In this document: positions 10,346 to 21,000 of the stretch, piece by piece
Layout: each line of letters begins with the position of its first letter
Position numbering within the stretch: the first letter of the stretch is position 1
From: an uncultured Clostridia bacterium
Lineage (GTDB): Bacteria; Bacillota; Clostridia; TANB77; CAG-508
Assembly: GCA_934162625.1 (NCBI GenBank)
Contig: CAKPJM010000002.1
Coordinates: 1-50,877 of the forward strand
Direction: 5' to 3'
Length of the DNA: 50,877 nucleotides
Position numbers and translations under genes: made by a program
Notes under the pieces: model-generated
What the model was told of the DNA's origin: nothing
What the model saw: the letters and a program-made list of their open reading frames with translations, nothing else
Databases searched by the model: none

Positions 10346-10470
10346 CAAAATGGAAAGATTTCGGACGGGCTTTTTTCTTTTACCCAAAAAGGAAACTATT
10401 AAAAAATTTTTAATAGTTTCCTTTTTACTATCTATTAAACTGGAAAGAAAAAAGTCCGTCCGAAATCTTT
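10346..10470. terminator. Nested bidirectional terminator: outer IR AGATTTCGGACGGGCTTTTTTC/GAAAAAAGTCCGTCCGAAATCT around an inner IR GGAAACTATTAAAAAATTTTTAATAGTTTCC
   Basis: Long inverted repeats between the convergent ABC-F and response-regulator genes. Confidence 0.7.
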
Positions 10471-10474
10471 CTCT

Positions 10475-11536
10475 CTATTGTTCTGGGTTGAACTTTTTCA
10501 TAATTTCTTGAATTTTATCATAATCATTATTTAATATATCTAAAAATGCGTCAGCACATTCAGGGTCAAACTGAGTTCCTTTACACTTTTCCAATTCAGC
10601 TTTAACAATATCTAAAGATAAAGAGTTTCTGTAAGTCCTTTTTGAAGTCATTGCATCAAATGCATCTGCAACAGCAGTTATTCTTGCTAAATATGGAATT
10701 TCTTCTCCTTTTAATTTACCAGGATACCCGAAACCATCAAAACGTTCATGATGATGCTTTACTATAGGTATAATGTCACTGAAAATAGTTGCATTTGATA
10801 ATATATGAGCACCTATTGCAGGATGATTTTTTATTTCTGAATATTCATCATCTGTTAATTTAGAATCTTTTAGAAGTATACTGTCAGGAACTCCAATTTT
10901 TCCTATATCGTGGAATAAACCACCTATTTTTAAATCGTTAAGTTCTTTTTCAGAAAGACCTAACTTTTCTCCTAGTAAAACCGAATATGCAGAAACTCTA
11001 TCAGAATGACCTCTAGTATATGTATCTTTAGCTTCTACTGTATAACGCAAAGTTTCAATGCTTTCTAAATAAGCTTTTTCTAATTTATCATAAGTATCTT
11101 TTAATTCTAAATTGATTTTTCTAATTAAATTCATTTGAGATATTGCTTTTATTCCAGATTCAATAAGTAATAGCAATTGATCAAATTTGTCGCTTTTTTC
11201 GCAATATCCTTGAATATCTAATCTCCTAATAGTTTCTAAAGGAGGTGCTAAATCTTTGTGACCAGTAAGCAACAAAATATATAAATCTTTATTAAATTTA
11301 CGAATTGCTTCTACAACTTGATCACCATGAACAGGAGTCATAATAAAATCAAGTAGCATTAAATCAAAATGCTCTGTTTTGACTCTTTCTATTGCTTCAA
11401 TAGGATCAGTTATCCCAACAAAACTATAACCAGATTTAGTTAAAAAAACTTTTAAAGAATCGAGTATTCCAGATTCATCATCTACAGCTATAATTTTGTA
11501 TTGAGAGTTTTCATTTGAATAAATGTTTTTTCTCAT
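10475..11536 (-). CDS. Two-component response regulator: REC domain fused to an HD-GYP (c-di-GMP phosphodiesterase-type) domain
   Basis: REC domain IIAVDDESGILD...LLDFIMT. HD-GYP signature HHERFDGFGYPGKLKGEEIP and HD motif GLFHDIGK. Confidence 0.85.
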   Translation of the reverse strand: MRKNIYSNENSQYKIIAVDDESGILDSLKVFLTKSGYSFVGITDPIEAIERVKTEHFDLMLLDFIMTPVHGDQVVEAIRKFNKDLYILLLTGHKDLAPPLETIRRLDIQGYCEKSDKFDQLLLLIESGIKAISQMNLIRKINLELKDTYDKLEKAYLESIETLRYTVEAKDTYTRGHSDRVSAYSVLLGEKLGLSEKELNDLKIGGLFHDIGKIGVPDSILLKDSKLTDDEYSEIKNHPAIGAHILSNATIFSDIIPIVKHHHERFDGFGYPGKLKGEEIPYLARITAVADAFDAMTSKRTYRNSLSLDIVKAELEKCKGTQFDPECADAFLDILNNDYDKIQEIMKKFNPEQ

Positions 11537-11744
11537 AAAATCCCCCCGCTAAGAATAATCTTATATGCATTATATTCAAATAATAAAAAAAAAGCAATAA
11601 AAAAACGAAAAAAGTTACATAAGTTATATTCACAAAATGGCATTTTTATGCTATAATCATTCAAGAATAAAGCTAAACATAAGTAATATAGTTAAGAGTT
11701 AATATTACAAAATTTGCAGACAAATTTTGTAGGAGGATGTTGAA

Positions 11745-12651
11745 ATGATTTTTAAAGATTATTATAAAATATTAGGACTAGAAACTAATAAAGTGAACTT
11801 AAGTGAAGTAAAACTAGCTTTTAGAGAACAAGCAAAAAAATATCATCCAGATGTAAATGGAGGGAATAGTAGAACAGAAGAGAGATTTAAAGACATAAAT
11901 GAGGCATATAGAGTGTTATCTAATCCTTCTAGTAAAAGAAAATATGATAGAATCTGGAATAGAAATGTTGGAAATAAGCAGGACCAGAAAGATAACGAGG
12001 AAAATAGAAGCATAGACTCTGTATTTAGTGATTTCTTTAGTATGTTTTTTGGTTCACCAGATAACAATGAAGAAAAAGAAGAAAATAAGAAAAAGAAGAA
12101 AATTCCGGTTAAAGGGGAAAATATAGAAACAGAAATAAATGTTGGAATAGAAGATGCTTATTATGGAACAGAAAAAAAGATATCACTAAGAACTGTGAAT
12201 CGGTAAAATGAAGACTTTTTCTGTTAAGATACCAGAAGGAATAAGAGATGGAGAAAAAGTAAGACTTTTAGGACAAGGAAAGCAAGGAAAAAATGGTGGA
12301 AAAAATGGTGATATGTTTATAAAAATAAATATCCAAAACAATAATAAATTTAAGCTACAAGGTTACGATATAGTGACAGATCTACTATTAACACCATGGG
12401 AAGCAGCATTAGGGAAAAGAGTAAACATAGACTCTGTTGATGATACAGTTTCTCTATATGTTCCTCCAGGAATACAAAGCGGAGAAAAAGTCAGAATACC
12501 ACAAAAAGGATATAAGGATGGAAGAGGAAGTAGAGGGGACTTAATAGCAGAAGTAAAAACTGTAGTTCCTAAAAAGTTAACAGAAGATGAAAAAGAATTA
12601 TTTGAAAAACTAAAAAGCATTTCAACATTTAACCCGAGATCAATAAAATAA
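11745..12651 (+). CDS. DnaJ/CbpA-like co-chaperone (J domain plus C-terminal substrate-binding domains, no Zn finger), interrupted by a 1-nt C insertion at 12201
   Basis: J domain DYYKILGL...KYHPDVN in ORF 11745..12206, and the DnaJ C-terminal domain in ORF 12208..12651. Deleting the C in AAT-C-GGT joins them as ...RTVNGKMKTFSVKIPEGIRDG. Confidence 0.7.
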
Positions 12652-12745
12652 CAATGCAGAAAATTTATTTTCATAGCAAACACACAACTATAATTTTGAT
12701 AATATATTGGTTTACTAAATAGTAATATATAGAGAATTTAAAATG

Positions 12746-12774
12746 TTGACATAAACATAAAAATGAGGTATAAT
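12746..12774 (+). promoter_or_regulatory. Consensus sigma-A promoter (TTGACA, 17 bp, TATAAT)
   Basis: Perfect -35 and -10 hexamers upstream of the 12841 ORF. Confidence 0.6.
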
Positions 12775-12840
12775 TATAATTGTGATTATACATACGACAA
12801 AATACATTATTATATGTAGAAATGAGGTGCTATTATAAGC

Positions 12841-13380
12841 ATGGAGGAATTTATAAAAGGAAAACATTTTAGTATAACAGATCCACAAAATGTAAATACA
12901 GTAATATATCAAGTAAATAAAACACCAAAAGAGGAGCTAAAAGAAAATTCTCCTAAATTTACTGTTGAAAGACTAGACTTTACAGAAGAATTAGTAGGAG
13001 AAAAAAAGAAAAAAACATTTTATGTAAACAAACCTGCGCCGGAAGGAGATCATTTAGTGATATTATCTTTTGGTAATGAAAAGGTAGTAGTAAATACAGG
13101 AATTTTAGAAGATGCACAAGTAAAAATTTCTAAAAAACCAATGCCTATAAAATTTACAACACTTTATAATGAAAAGGAAACAGAGTATAAAGAAGTTCAA
13201 TATACACCAAATTTAAAAAGACCAATTTCAATAATTGACCCAGAAACAACAGAAGAAATAAAGCCAGTTTTATATTTTGATGAGGAAACAAATGAGGTAA
13301 AAGGCAAATGCAAGTTAAAACCTTTTAAAAGTTATTTTGCGTTTGAGGTTAGAGAGAAGATTAATAGGGAAGGGGAATAA
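12841..13380 (+). CDS. Hypothetical protein (179 aa)
   Basis: ORF downstream of a consensus promoter. No motif recognised. Confidence 0.5.
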   Translation: MEEFIKGKHFSITDPQNVNTVIYQVNKTPKEELKENSPKFTVERLDFTEELVGEKKKKTFYVNKPAPEGDHLVILSFGNEKVVVNTGILEDAQVKISKKPMPIKFTTLYNEKETEYKEVQYTPNLKRPISIIDPETTEEIKPVLYFDEETNEVKGKCKLKPFKSYFAFEVREKINREGE

Positions 13381-13382
13381 TT

Positions 13383-13589
13383 ATGAGCATAGAATCTACA
13401 AATGTAGAAAATATAATAACAGTTGTAGGAGGAGAAGTAGTTTCAAATCTGAAGAATAGGACAGAAATACCACCTACTAAATCAGTAAAAAAAGATAGTC
13501 CAAAAAAAGAGGAAGTTTTAACTATAGCATTAGAAGGAGAATGGGCACAAGAAAAGAGTAATAAACAAGCAGAAATAGGTGATAGATAA
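13383..13589 (+). CDS. Hypothetical small protein (68 aa), translationally coupled to the upstream ORF
   Basis: GGAAGGGGA RBS overlapping the upstream stop. Confidence 0.4.
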   Translation: MSIESTNVENIITVVGGEVVSNLKNRTEIPPTKSVKKDSPKKEEVLTIALEGEWAQEKSNKQAEIGDR

Positions 13590-13615
13590 TTATACAAATG
13601 AAAAGGTGATAAGTT

Positions 13616-15575
13616 ATGAATTATAAAGTTAAGAATGCTTTAGAAAAAAGTAAAATAGCATTAATAATAGCGTTAGCAATATGGGTTGCTTTATCCATAT
13701 TGCTTTCTGCGCCTATAGCGGTTAGCATAAAAGAAGCAACAACTAGCGGAAATATTGATATTAATAAATTTTTTGATATATTATTTTCTAATATAGGTTC
13801 AATAGGCTCAAATATGTCAAAAATATTCTTACCAGAATATTCATCTATTTATTGGAAAACAGAAGGATATGTAACAATAGGTGTATTAATTATACTAGCA
13901 GTAGGAATTGTAAAGTCAATGCCAAAGAATGAATACACAGATATAGAGCACGGATCAAGTGATTGGGCTTCTGGAGAACAATATAGTGTTTTAAGCAAGA
14001 AAAAAGGAATATTACTTGCCGAAAATCATTATTTACCAGTAGATAAACGAGGAAACGTAAACGTATTAGTAGTTGGACGGTTCAGGATCTGGTAAATCTG
14101 CATCATATGTTATTCCAAATGCATACCAACTTCTAGGATCATATGTGTTTACAGACCCAAAAGGTGAATTATATGATAAAACAGCAGGATATTTAAAAAG
14201 CCAAGGGTATGATATAAAAATATTTAATTTAGTAAATCCTAAGAATAGTGATGGATATAATCCTTTAATGCACATACAAAGTGAAATAGATGTAGATGTT
14301 ATAGCAAACACAATAGTAAAAGGTCAAAGCGATGTAAAAAATCAATCTGACCCATATTGGGATGATATGGCAGAAATGCTATTAAAAGCATTAATATATT
14401 ATTTATTAGCAACAAGACCAGAAGAAGAACAAAACTTGGCAAGTTGTGCCGAATTAGTTAGAGCTGCTAATAATAGTGGAGCAGGAAATTTATTAACAGA
14501 ACTTATGAATCAATTACCATATGATCATCCTGCTAGAATGAATTATAAATCTATAGAAATTGCACCAGAGAAAACATATAGTTCTATTCTTTCTTCACTT
14601 CAATCAAAGCTTGGTAAATTTGATTCAAAAGAAATAGCAGAACTTACTTCTACAAATACAATAAATTTTGAGGAAATAGGAAGCAGAAAAACAGCAGTAT
14701 ATGTAATTTCATCAGATACACATGCTGCATATGACTTTTTGCTTACAATATTTTTCTCACAAATGATACAAAGATTATATGACTTTGCAGACTTAAAAGG
14801 GGGAGCATTACCACAACCTACATATTTTATATTAGACGAGTTTGCAAACATTGGTAGAATACCAGATTTTGATAAAAAAATATCAACTTCAAGAAGTAGA
14901 AAAATATCATTTAGTGTTATATTACAAAACCTAGATCAATTAGAAGCTGTTTATGAAAAATCGCATGAAACAATAATAGGTAACTGTGATACTACATTGT
15001 TTTTAGGAAGTAACTCACAAAAAACAGTAGAGTATTTTTCTAAAGAATTAGGAGAAAAAACAATAAATAGAGATAGCTGGTCTGTTAGTAAAGATAAAAA
15101 CATGTGGAGACAAGGCTATAATAAATCTGATCAAGTTATGGCAAGAGCTCTTATGACTCCAGACGAGCTTAGAAGATTAGACAACGATATGTGTATCATA
15201 TTTGAGAAAGGAATTAAACCAATAAAGGCAAGAAAATATTATTATTTTAAATATGATACTTTAAGGCTAGTAAATAGATTTGCTTGCAGCCATAATGATA
15301 TAGATCCAATAGATAGAGGAGTTTGGAGAAAATATAATCCATATAATCCTTATGTAGAAAGCAGTGAACAAGAAAAAGCAAATGATACAAAAATAGAATC
15401 ACTAGATGATTTATTCGAAGATGATAATGATGCTCCAACTTTGCCACAAGATAATGAAGAATTAGAAAATAAACAAAAACAAGAAAGCAGTGATGAACTA
15501 TCATACGATGTACAGAAAGAGCTAGAAGCGAAATTTGATGAGCTGTTCGGAGCTTTAGAAGATGATGATAATTAA
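13616..15575 (+). CDS. VirD4/TraG-family type IV coupling protein (two N-terminal TM helices, acidic C-terminal tail), with Walker A interrupted by a 1-nt C insertion at 14078
   Basis: ORFs 13616..14095 (...NVLVVGRFRIW*) and 14073..15575 (SGSGKSASYVIPN...). Removing the C in GGA-C-GGT gives VLVVGGSGSGKS. Also ILDEFANIG Walker B, SRSRKISFSVILQNLDQLEA, and a DDLFEDDNDA acidic tail. Confidence 0.75.
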
Positions 15576-15578
15576 TTA

Positions 15579-15598
15579 AAAGGTGAACTGAAAAGTTC
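15579..15598 (+). terminator. Terminator hairpin GGTGAAC-TGAAAA-GTTCACC
   Basis: 7-bp stem after the coupling-protein gene. Confidence 0.55.
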
Positions 15599-15624
15599 AC
15601 CTAAAATTATATAAGGAGATAAAC

Positions 15625-16213
15625 ATGATAATTGGGATTGATTTAGATGATACAATTACAAAAACAGAAGAAATTTTATTTAAATATGCAAAAAAATATA
15701 ATGAAGAAAAGAATATAATTTATAAAATTGATAGAGATAAATGGGATTGGAATAAAGCTTTTGGATGGAACGATAAAAGCGTTGAAGTTTTTTTTGAGAA
15801 ATATTTAAAAAAAGTTTTTAAAGAAGTAGAAATAAAAGAAGACGCAAAGGAAGTAATAAATACTTTAAAAAAAGATGGAGATACAATAATAATTATAACC
15901 GCAAGGAACAGTGAAAATGTAAAAGATGTGCACAAGATTTGTGAAAAATGGCTAAAAGATAAACAAGTAGAAGTTGATAAAATAGTAATTAACGGAGAAG
16001 ATAAAGCAAAAGAGTGCAAAGAAAATAATATAGACATATTTATAGATGACCGGAATATACCATTGCGAAAATGTATACAGTAATTTAAAAATACCAGTAT
16101 TATTAATGAATAGCAGATATAACAAAGACTATGAAAATCCAAATATAAAAAGAGTATATAATTGGAAAGAAATATATAATGAAATAAGCAAATATAAAGA
16201 AAAAATCTCTTAA
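15625..16213 (+). CDS. HAD-superfamily 5'(3')-deoxyribonucleotidase (NT5C)-like phosphatase; full length requires a +1 shift at GAC-C-GGA (16051)
   Basis: DxD motif IGIDLDDTI and FIDD motif IV. The zero frame stops at 16083. The +1 frame continues 53 codons (…RVYNWKEIYNEI…, resembling the NT5C C-terminus) and ends exactly at a terminator hairpin. Confidence 0.55.
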
Positions 16214-16228
16214 TATTAAATTAAGAGA
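16200..16228. terminator. Bidirectional terminator AAATCTCTTAA-TATTAAA-TTAAGAGATTT
   Basis: Perfect 11-bp inverted repeat between the HAD gene and the convergent histidine-kinase gene. Confidence 0.65.
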
Positions 16229-16259
16229 TTTCTTCTTTATATTTGAAAACTCAAATCAG

Positions 16260-18080
16260 TTAGAACAAAGGTATTTCAATAAAAAATGTTGTTCCTTTTC
16301 CTTTTGTTGTTTCATATCTCAAATTACCATTAAAGTGAGCTTTAATATTTGAATAAGACATAAATAATCCAAGACCGGTTCCGTTTTTTCCCTTTGTTGT
16401 TACCATTTCTTTAAACAGTTTTTCTTGAACAGTTTCTGGTAGTCCACCAGCAAAATCTTCTATTTTGAAGATTATATTACTATTTTCTTTGTATATTGTA
16501 AAATTAATATTTTCATTAGATTTACCTTGAGCTTGATAAGCCTGAATTCCATTAGAAATTATATTATTAATTACTTGTACTAAACTGTTTATATTTCCTT
16601 TTACAGAAGTATTAACATCTATGCTTGCTTGAGCATTTAAATTTATTAAAGCATTTTTTAACTCATGTTTCATTAATATATCTACATAGTTTATAAGTTC
16701 TTTTACTGTAAAGCCATTAGAAGTTTGTTCTGAAAATGCAACAGCCTGTCCTTTTATAGCAGTAATAACATCAGACATATAAGATAAATGAGTTCTAATT
16801 TTATCTATCCATTCATTCATATCTTTTGCTATATCATGATGATCTTGTATAGTTACTTCTGGGTCTCCAATACTTGCATCATATTCTTTAATTAAATCAG
16901 ATAATCCTTCGGCAGCTCCTGCTATAGACATTATAGGTGTTTTTAAGTTATGAGCAATACCACCAATCATCTGTCCAAGAGAAGCCAAACGCTCCTTTTC
17001 TATAAGCATATCTTGGTTGCTCTTTATTGTTTGCATGTCTATAGTATGTTGAGTAATATCTTTAAAAAGTATTAGGGTTCCAAGATATGTATTTTTATTT
17101 TTTATACTATTAACTTCAATATTAAAGTATTTATTTAATTGAGAGAAATACCTTTCTATTTTTATAGTTTTATCATTTGATTTTGTTTTGTTAATTGCAT
17201 CTAAAAAAGCATGTCTTTTCTCTGAATCTTTAGAAAGCTTTGTAATTAAATCATTAATATTAATGTTTCGAAGTTCGCCAGTTTTTAGAGAGAATAAGTC
17301 TAAAAAAGTTTGGTTAAAATCTGTTACAATATTTTCGTCATTAACAATAATGTATCCGTCAGACATTCTATCAACAACTCTTTGAAGTGCTATTGGTGTT
17401 ACTTTTAAAAAGTCAAATTTAAATATAGCAAAAGCAATAAAAAGTATAGCAATTGTGAAAGCTATAGGAGTGGTATATATTGAGGAATTTAAAATTCCTA
17501 GTGTGGATAGTATATTCATAGTTAAACATATACCGCTTCCTGTACATATTAGTAATGATTGCTTAGAAAAAAAGCCAGAATTCTTAATAGAGTATAACAT
17601 TAATCTAAAAATTGCAATTAAAATGCAAGAATAAGAATATAATGTATGTATATAAAAATATGGTCCAAAAATAACTTGTTGTAAATCTATAGAATATGAT
17701 TGATAGAATAGATGATGATAATTATTTGTCCATAATATAATAAGAGAAATTAATGGCAATATAAATAATAATTTATGTTTTGAGGTTAATACAAGCTTAG
17801 TATTTATAAATATAGAACTAGTTAGTAGAAAGCATACAGGAAAGAAACATGTTCCAATATAAATAAATTTCTCAAATATAAAAGGGTCTGCGTTAAAAAA
17901 GTTAGTAAATATTACTTGAAATAACACACCTATAGAAATAATTAGAGTGCAAGCTAAATCAAGTATAAAGACGCGACTAAGTTGTTTACGATCTTTTTTG
18001 TGTAATAAGTAAATACAAAACCAGATCATTATAGCTACCGACATTAATAATAAATAGAATTGAATATTTAAATTTTTCAT
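16260..18080 (-). CDS. Sensor histidine kinase: multi-TM (about 7 TM) N-terminal sensor, PAS-like linker, HisKA (H-box IAHNLKTP) and HATPase_c
   Basis: Six or more hydrophobic helices over the first ~230 aa, then ERLASLGQMIGGIAHNLKTP, and G-boxes GTGLGL. Start MKNLN preceded by GAGGGGAAAG. It directly abuts the NRPS stop region, suggesting an operon. Confidence 0.8.
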   Translation of the reverse strand: MKNLNIQFYLLLMSVAIMIWFCIYLLHKKDRKQLSRVFILDLACTLIISIGVLFQVIFTNFFNADPFIFEKFIYIGTCFFPVCFLLTSSIFINTKLVLTSKHKLLFILPLISLIILWTNNYHHLFYQSYSIDLQQVIFGPYFYIHTLYSYSCILIAIFRLMLYSIKNSGFFSKQSLLICTGSGICLTMNILSTLGILNSSIYTTPIAFTIAILFIAFAIFKFDFLKVTPIALQRVVDRMSDGYIIVNDENIVTDFNQTFLDLFSLKTGELRNININDLITKLSKDSEKRHAFLDAINKTKSNDKTIKIERYFSQLNKYFNIEVNSIKNKNTYLGTLILFKDITQHTIDMQTIKSNQDMLIEKERLASLGQMIGGIAHNLKTPIMSIAGAAEGLSDLIKEYDASIGDPEVTIQDHHDIAKDMNEWIDKIRTHLSYMSDVITAIKGQAVAFSEQTSNGFTVKELINYVDILMKHELKNALINLNAQASIDVNTSVKGNINSLVQVINNIISNGIQAYQAQGKSNENINFTIYKENSNIIFKIEDFAGGLPETVQEKLFKEMVTTKGKNGTGLGLFMSYSNIKAHFNGNLRYETTKGKGTTFFIEIPLF

Positions 18081-18095
18081 TTTCTTTCCCCTCAT

Positions 18096-21000
18096 TTATA
18101 TAAATTTTATTTTTTGTAAATATTTTATATATTTTATCATATAATCTTTATTAATAGTCTTCCAACTAAATTTTATTTCTTTAAAAAAGTCTTCTGTAAA
18201 ATTACAATTTAATCTAATATTTGATGTATAAACTAATTGTTTATTTTCATTTAAATCGTATATTATGCCAGATAAAATTTCTTTTCTCTTGTTATCTGCT
18301 AAAATTCCAGTAATAATATCTGTCATCATTTTTTCTGGAACAGGCAATAGGTTAATACCTAATTCACTAAGTGTTTCAACGAACAATTTAATAGGCAATA
18401 AGTTTGTGTTATAAATGTGCAAAACATTGCAAATGCTTGTATAGCTAGCAGATTTAATTATAGCTTCTGCCGCTAAATCAACAGGAGTTAGTTCAATAGA
18501 ATGAGATAATAGATAATTAGGGAAAGCACCAATCTCTATGAAGGACTTAATGCGCTTTGCAAAAGCGTATTCATTTGGAACACGCCGTCAGAATACCTAT
18601 TTGTTATATTTCCTAAACGTAAAATTTGGGCATCTAGTCCTTTAGAGACAATTGCTTCCAATACTAAAAGTTCTGCTCTAAACTTTGTTGTAGAGTATAC
18701 TCCTTTAATATTTTGGCCAACATATATGTCAGACTCTTTAAATATTTTTTTATCATTAATATTTTCAGGAGTTTCTATAACAGTTTCTTCTTTTTCGCCG
18801 TTACCAGATACACTTATTGTTGAAACGTGCAATAATCTTTTTCCTGTATTTAAACAAAAATCAATAACATTTTGAGTTCCTTTTACATTTATTTCTTCAA
18901 ATTTCTTCTTTATACCAAAGTGTTTAACTAGTGCACCAGAGTTTATAACGATGTCAACATTATTCTTTAATTCTAAATAATCATTTTCACACAATCCTAA
19001 ATCTTCTTTTACAATATCTCCACAAACTACTTTTATCCTATTGTCAAACAATTCATTATATTTATTTCCAAAGTAGAAATTTAGAATTCCTTTTAAACGT
19101 TCTTTTATATCTAAAGCATCTTTTTCTCTTACCAAACAGTATGCAATACCACTATTAGACTGTAAAAATGCATCTAAAACGTGTGCGCCTAAATAACCTG
19201 TTGAACCAATTAATAACATATTATCAAATTTGATTTTTTTAATTGTATTTAAATTATCTATAGTATTTCTTGCTAAAACAGCATTAACTTTACTATAGTC
19301 ATAATTTTTTATAAATACTTCATCAGGAGTTTTTAAATTAGCAGACAACTGTTTTATAGTTGGAAAAGCAAATATATCACCATATTCAAATTCCAAACCA
19401 TATTTAACCGCTTCTATTTGCATACTAATTGCTGCAACTGAATCTCCGCCAATGTCAAAGAAATTATCGTTGATATCTATGTCATCAATTTTTAATATGT
19501 TTTTCCAAATTTGAAGAAGCTTTTCTTCAACAGAATTTAATTCCTCAATATTTATTTTATTATTTGCAACTGGTTTGTTTAGCTCAGGTAAAGGAAGGGC
19601 CTTTCTATCAATCTTTCTATTTATTGTATAAGGCATTTGATCTAATTTTACAATGTATGTAGGTACCATATATGCTGGAAGTGCTTTCCTTAAAGCATCT
19701 TTTACAATGTCCTCTGAAACATCTTTGTCACAAGTATAGTAACCACATAAGGCCTCCTTTCCATCTATTTCAATTTTATTTACTATTGCTGAAGAAACAG
19801 TTGGAACATTTAGCATTACATTTTCAATTTCCCCAAGCTCAATTCTTAATCCTCTTAATTTAATTTGATTATCAATTCTTCCTAAACATTGAACTTTTCC
19901 ATCAAATGTCCATCTACCAATATCTCCAGATTTATACATCTTTCCTTCGCCAAAAGGATTATCTAAGAATTTTTCTGCTGTTAATTCTGGTTTACCTATG
20001 TATCCATAACCTACTTGAATTCCAGAAATGTATATTTCACCAACAACACCAATAGGTAAAGGTTTCATGTTTTTATCTAATATGTGAATTTGAGTATTCA
20101 TTATTGGAGGACCAATAGTAATTTCCTTTTCTCCATTTAAATTTTGAACATTACAAAGTATAGTTATTTCACTAGGACCATATATATTGTAAATTGTTAT
20201 ATCATCTGCTAGAGCCCTTAAGTCTTCAACAAATTTTTCTGGAAGAGGTTCTCCACCAAAAACCATATTTTTTACTTGAGCTAATGCAGTATCTGGTTCT
20301 CTATTATCATAGTTGATTTTCATTAAACTTGGAGTAACAGTCATAACATCAACATGACATTTTCTAATTAATTCATCTAAAAGTTTTGGATTTCTATGTT
20401 CTGCATTATTAGCCATAGCTATTTTTAATCCATGAGTTAATGAAACTATAATTTCATAAACGAAAATATCAAAAGGTGTAGAAGTTACAGAGGCTATACA
20501 ATGCTTATTACCCTCTTTTAAATAATCTAAAACAAGAGTCATAGCTTTAACCATGTTAGCAAAGCCTACTTGGTTTAGCATTGCACCTTTAGGTTTTCCA
20601 GTAGAACCAGATGTATAAATAAGATAAGATAGATCCTCACGATTTATTTTAACATTTGGATTTTCAAAGTTTTTATTGTAAATATCTTCTATGTTTAAAT
20701 CAATTTCTATGCAATTTTCAATAGAAGACACTCTATCCTTTAATTCTGCTTGTGTAAGTACATATTTTGTTTTACTATCTTCTAAATAATATTTTGTTCT
20801 CTCAATAGGGTAATTAGGGTCAACATTAAAGAATGCAGCACCAGCTTTTAAAATAGCCATCATACATACTATTGTTTCAAAAGAACGATTTGTCATTACA
20901 CAAACAATATCATTTGATCCAATACCTTTTTCTATTAATAGGTGAGCTAAGCTATTTGCTCTTTTATTTAACTCATCATAAGTTAAAGTCTTGTCATTAC

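Noticed and set aside
12208-12651. Separate gene MKTFSVKIPEG... downstream of the J-domain ORF
   Set aside because: It is the DnaJ C-terminal domain, in a frame continuous with the J-domain ORF once the inserted C at 12201 is removed. It is treated as one interrupted gene, not two.
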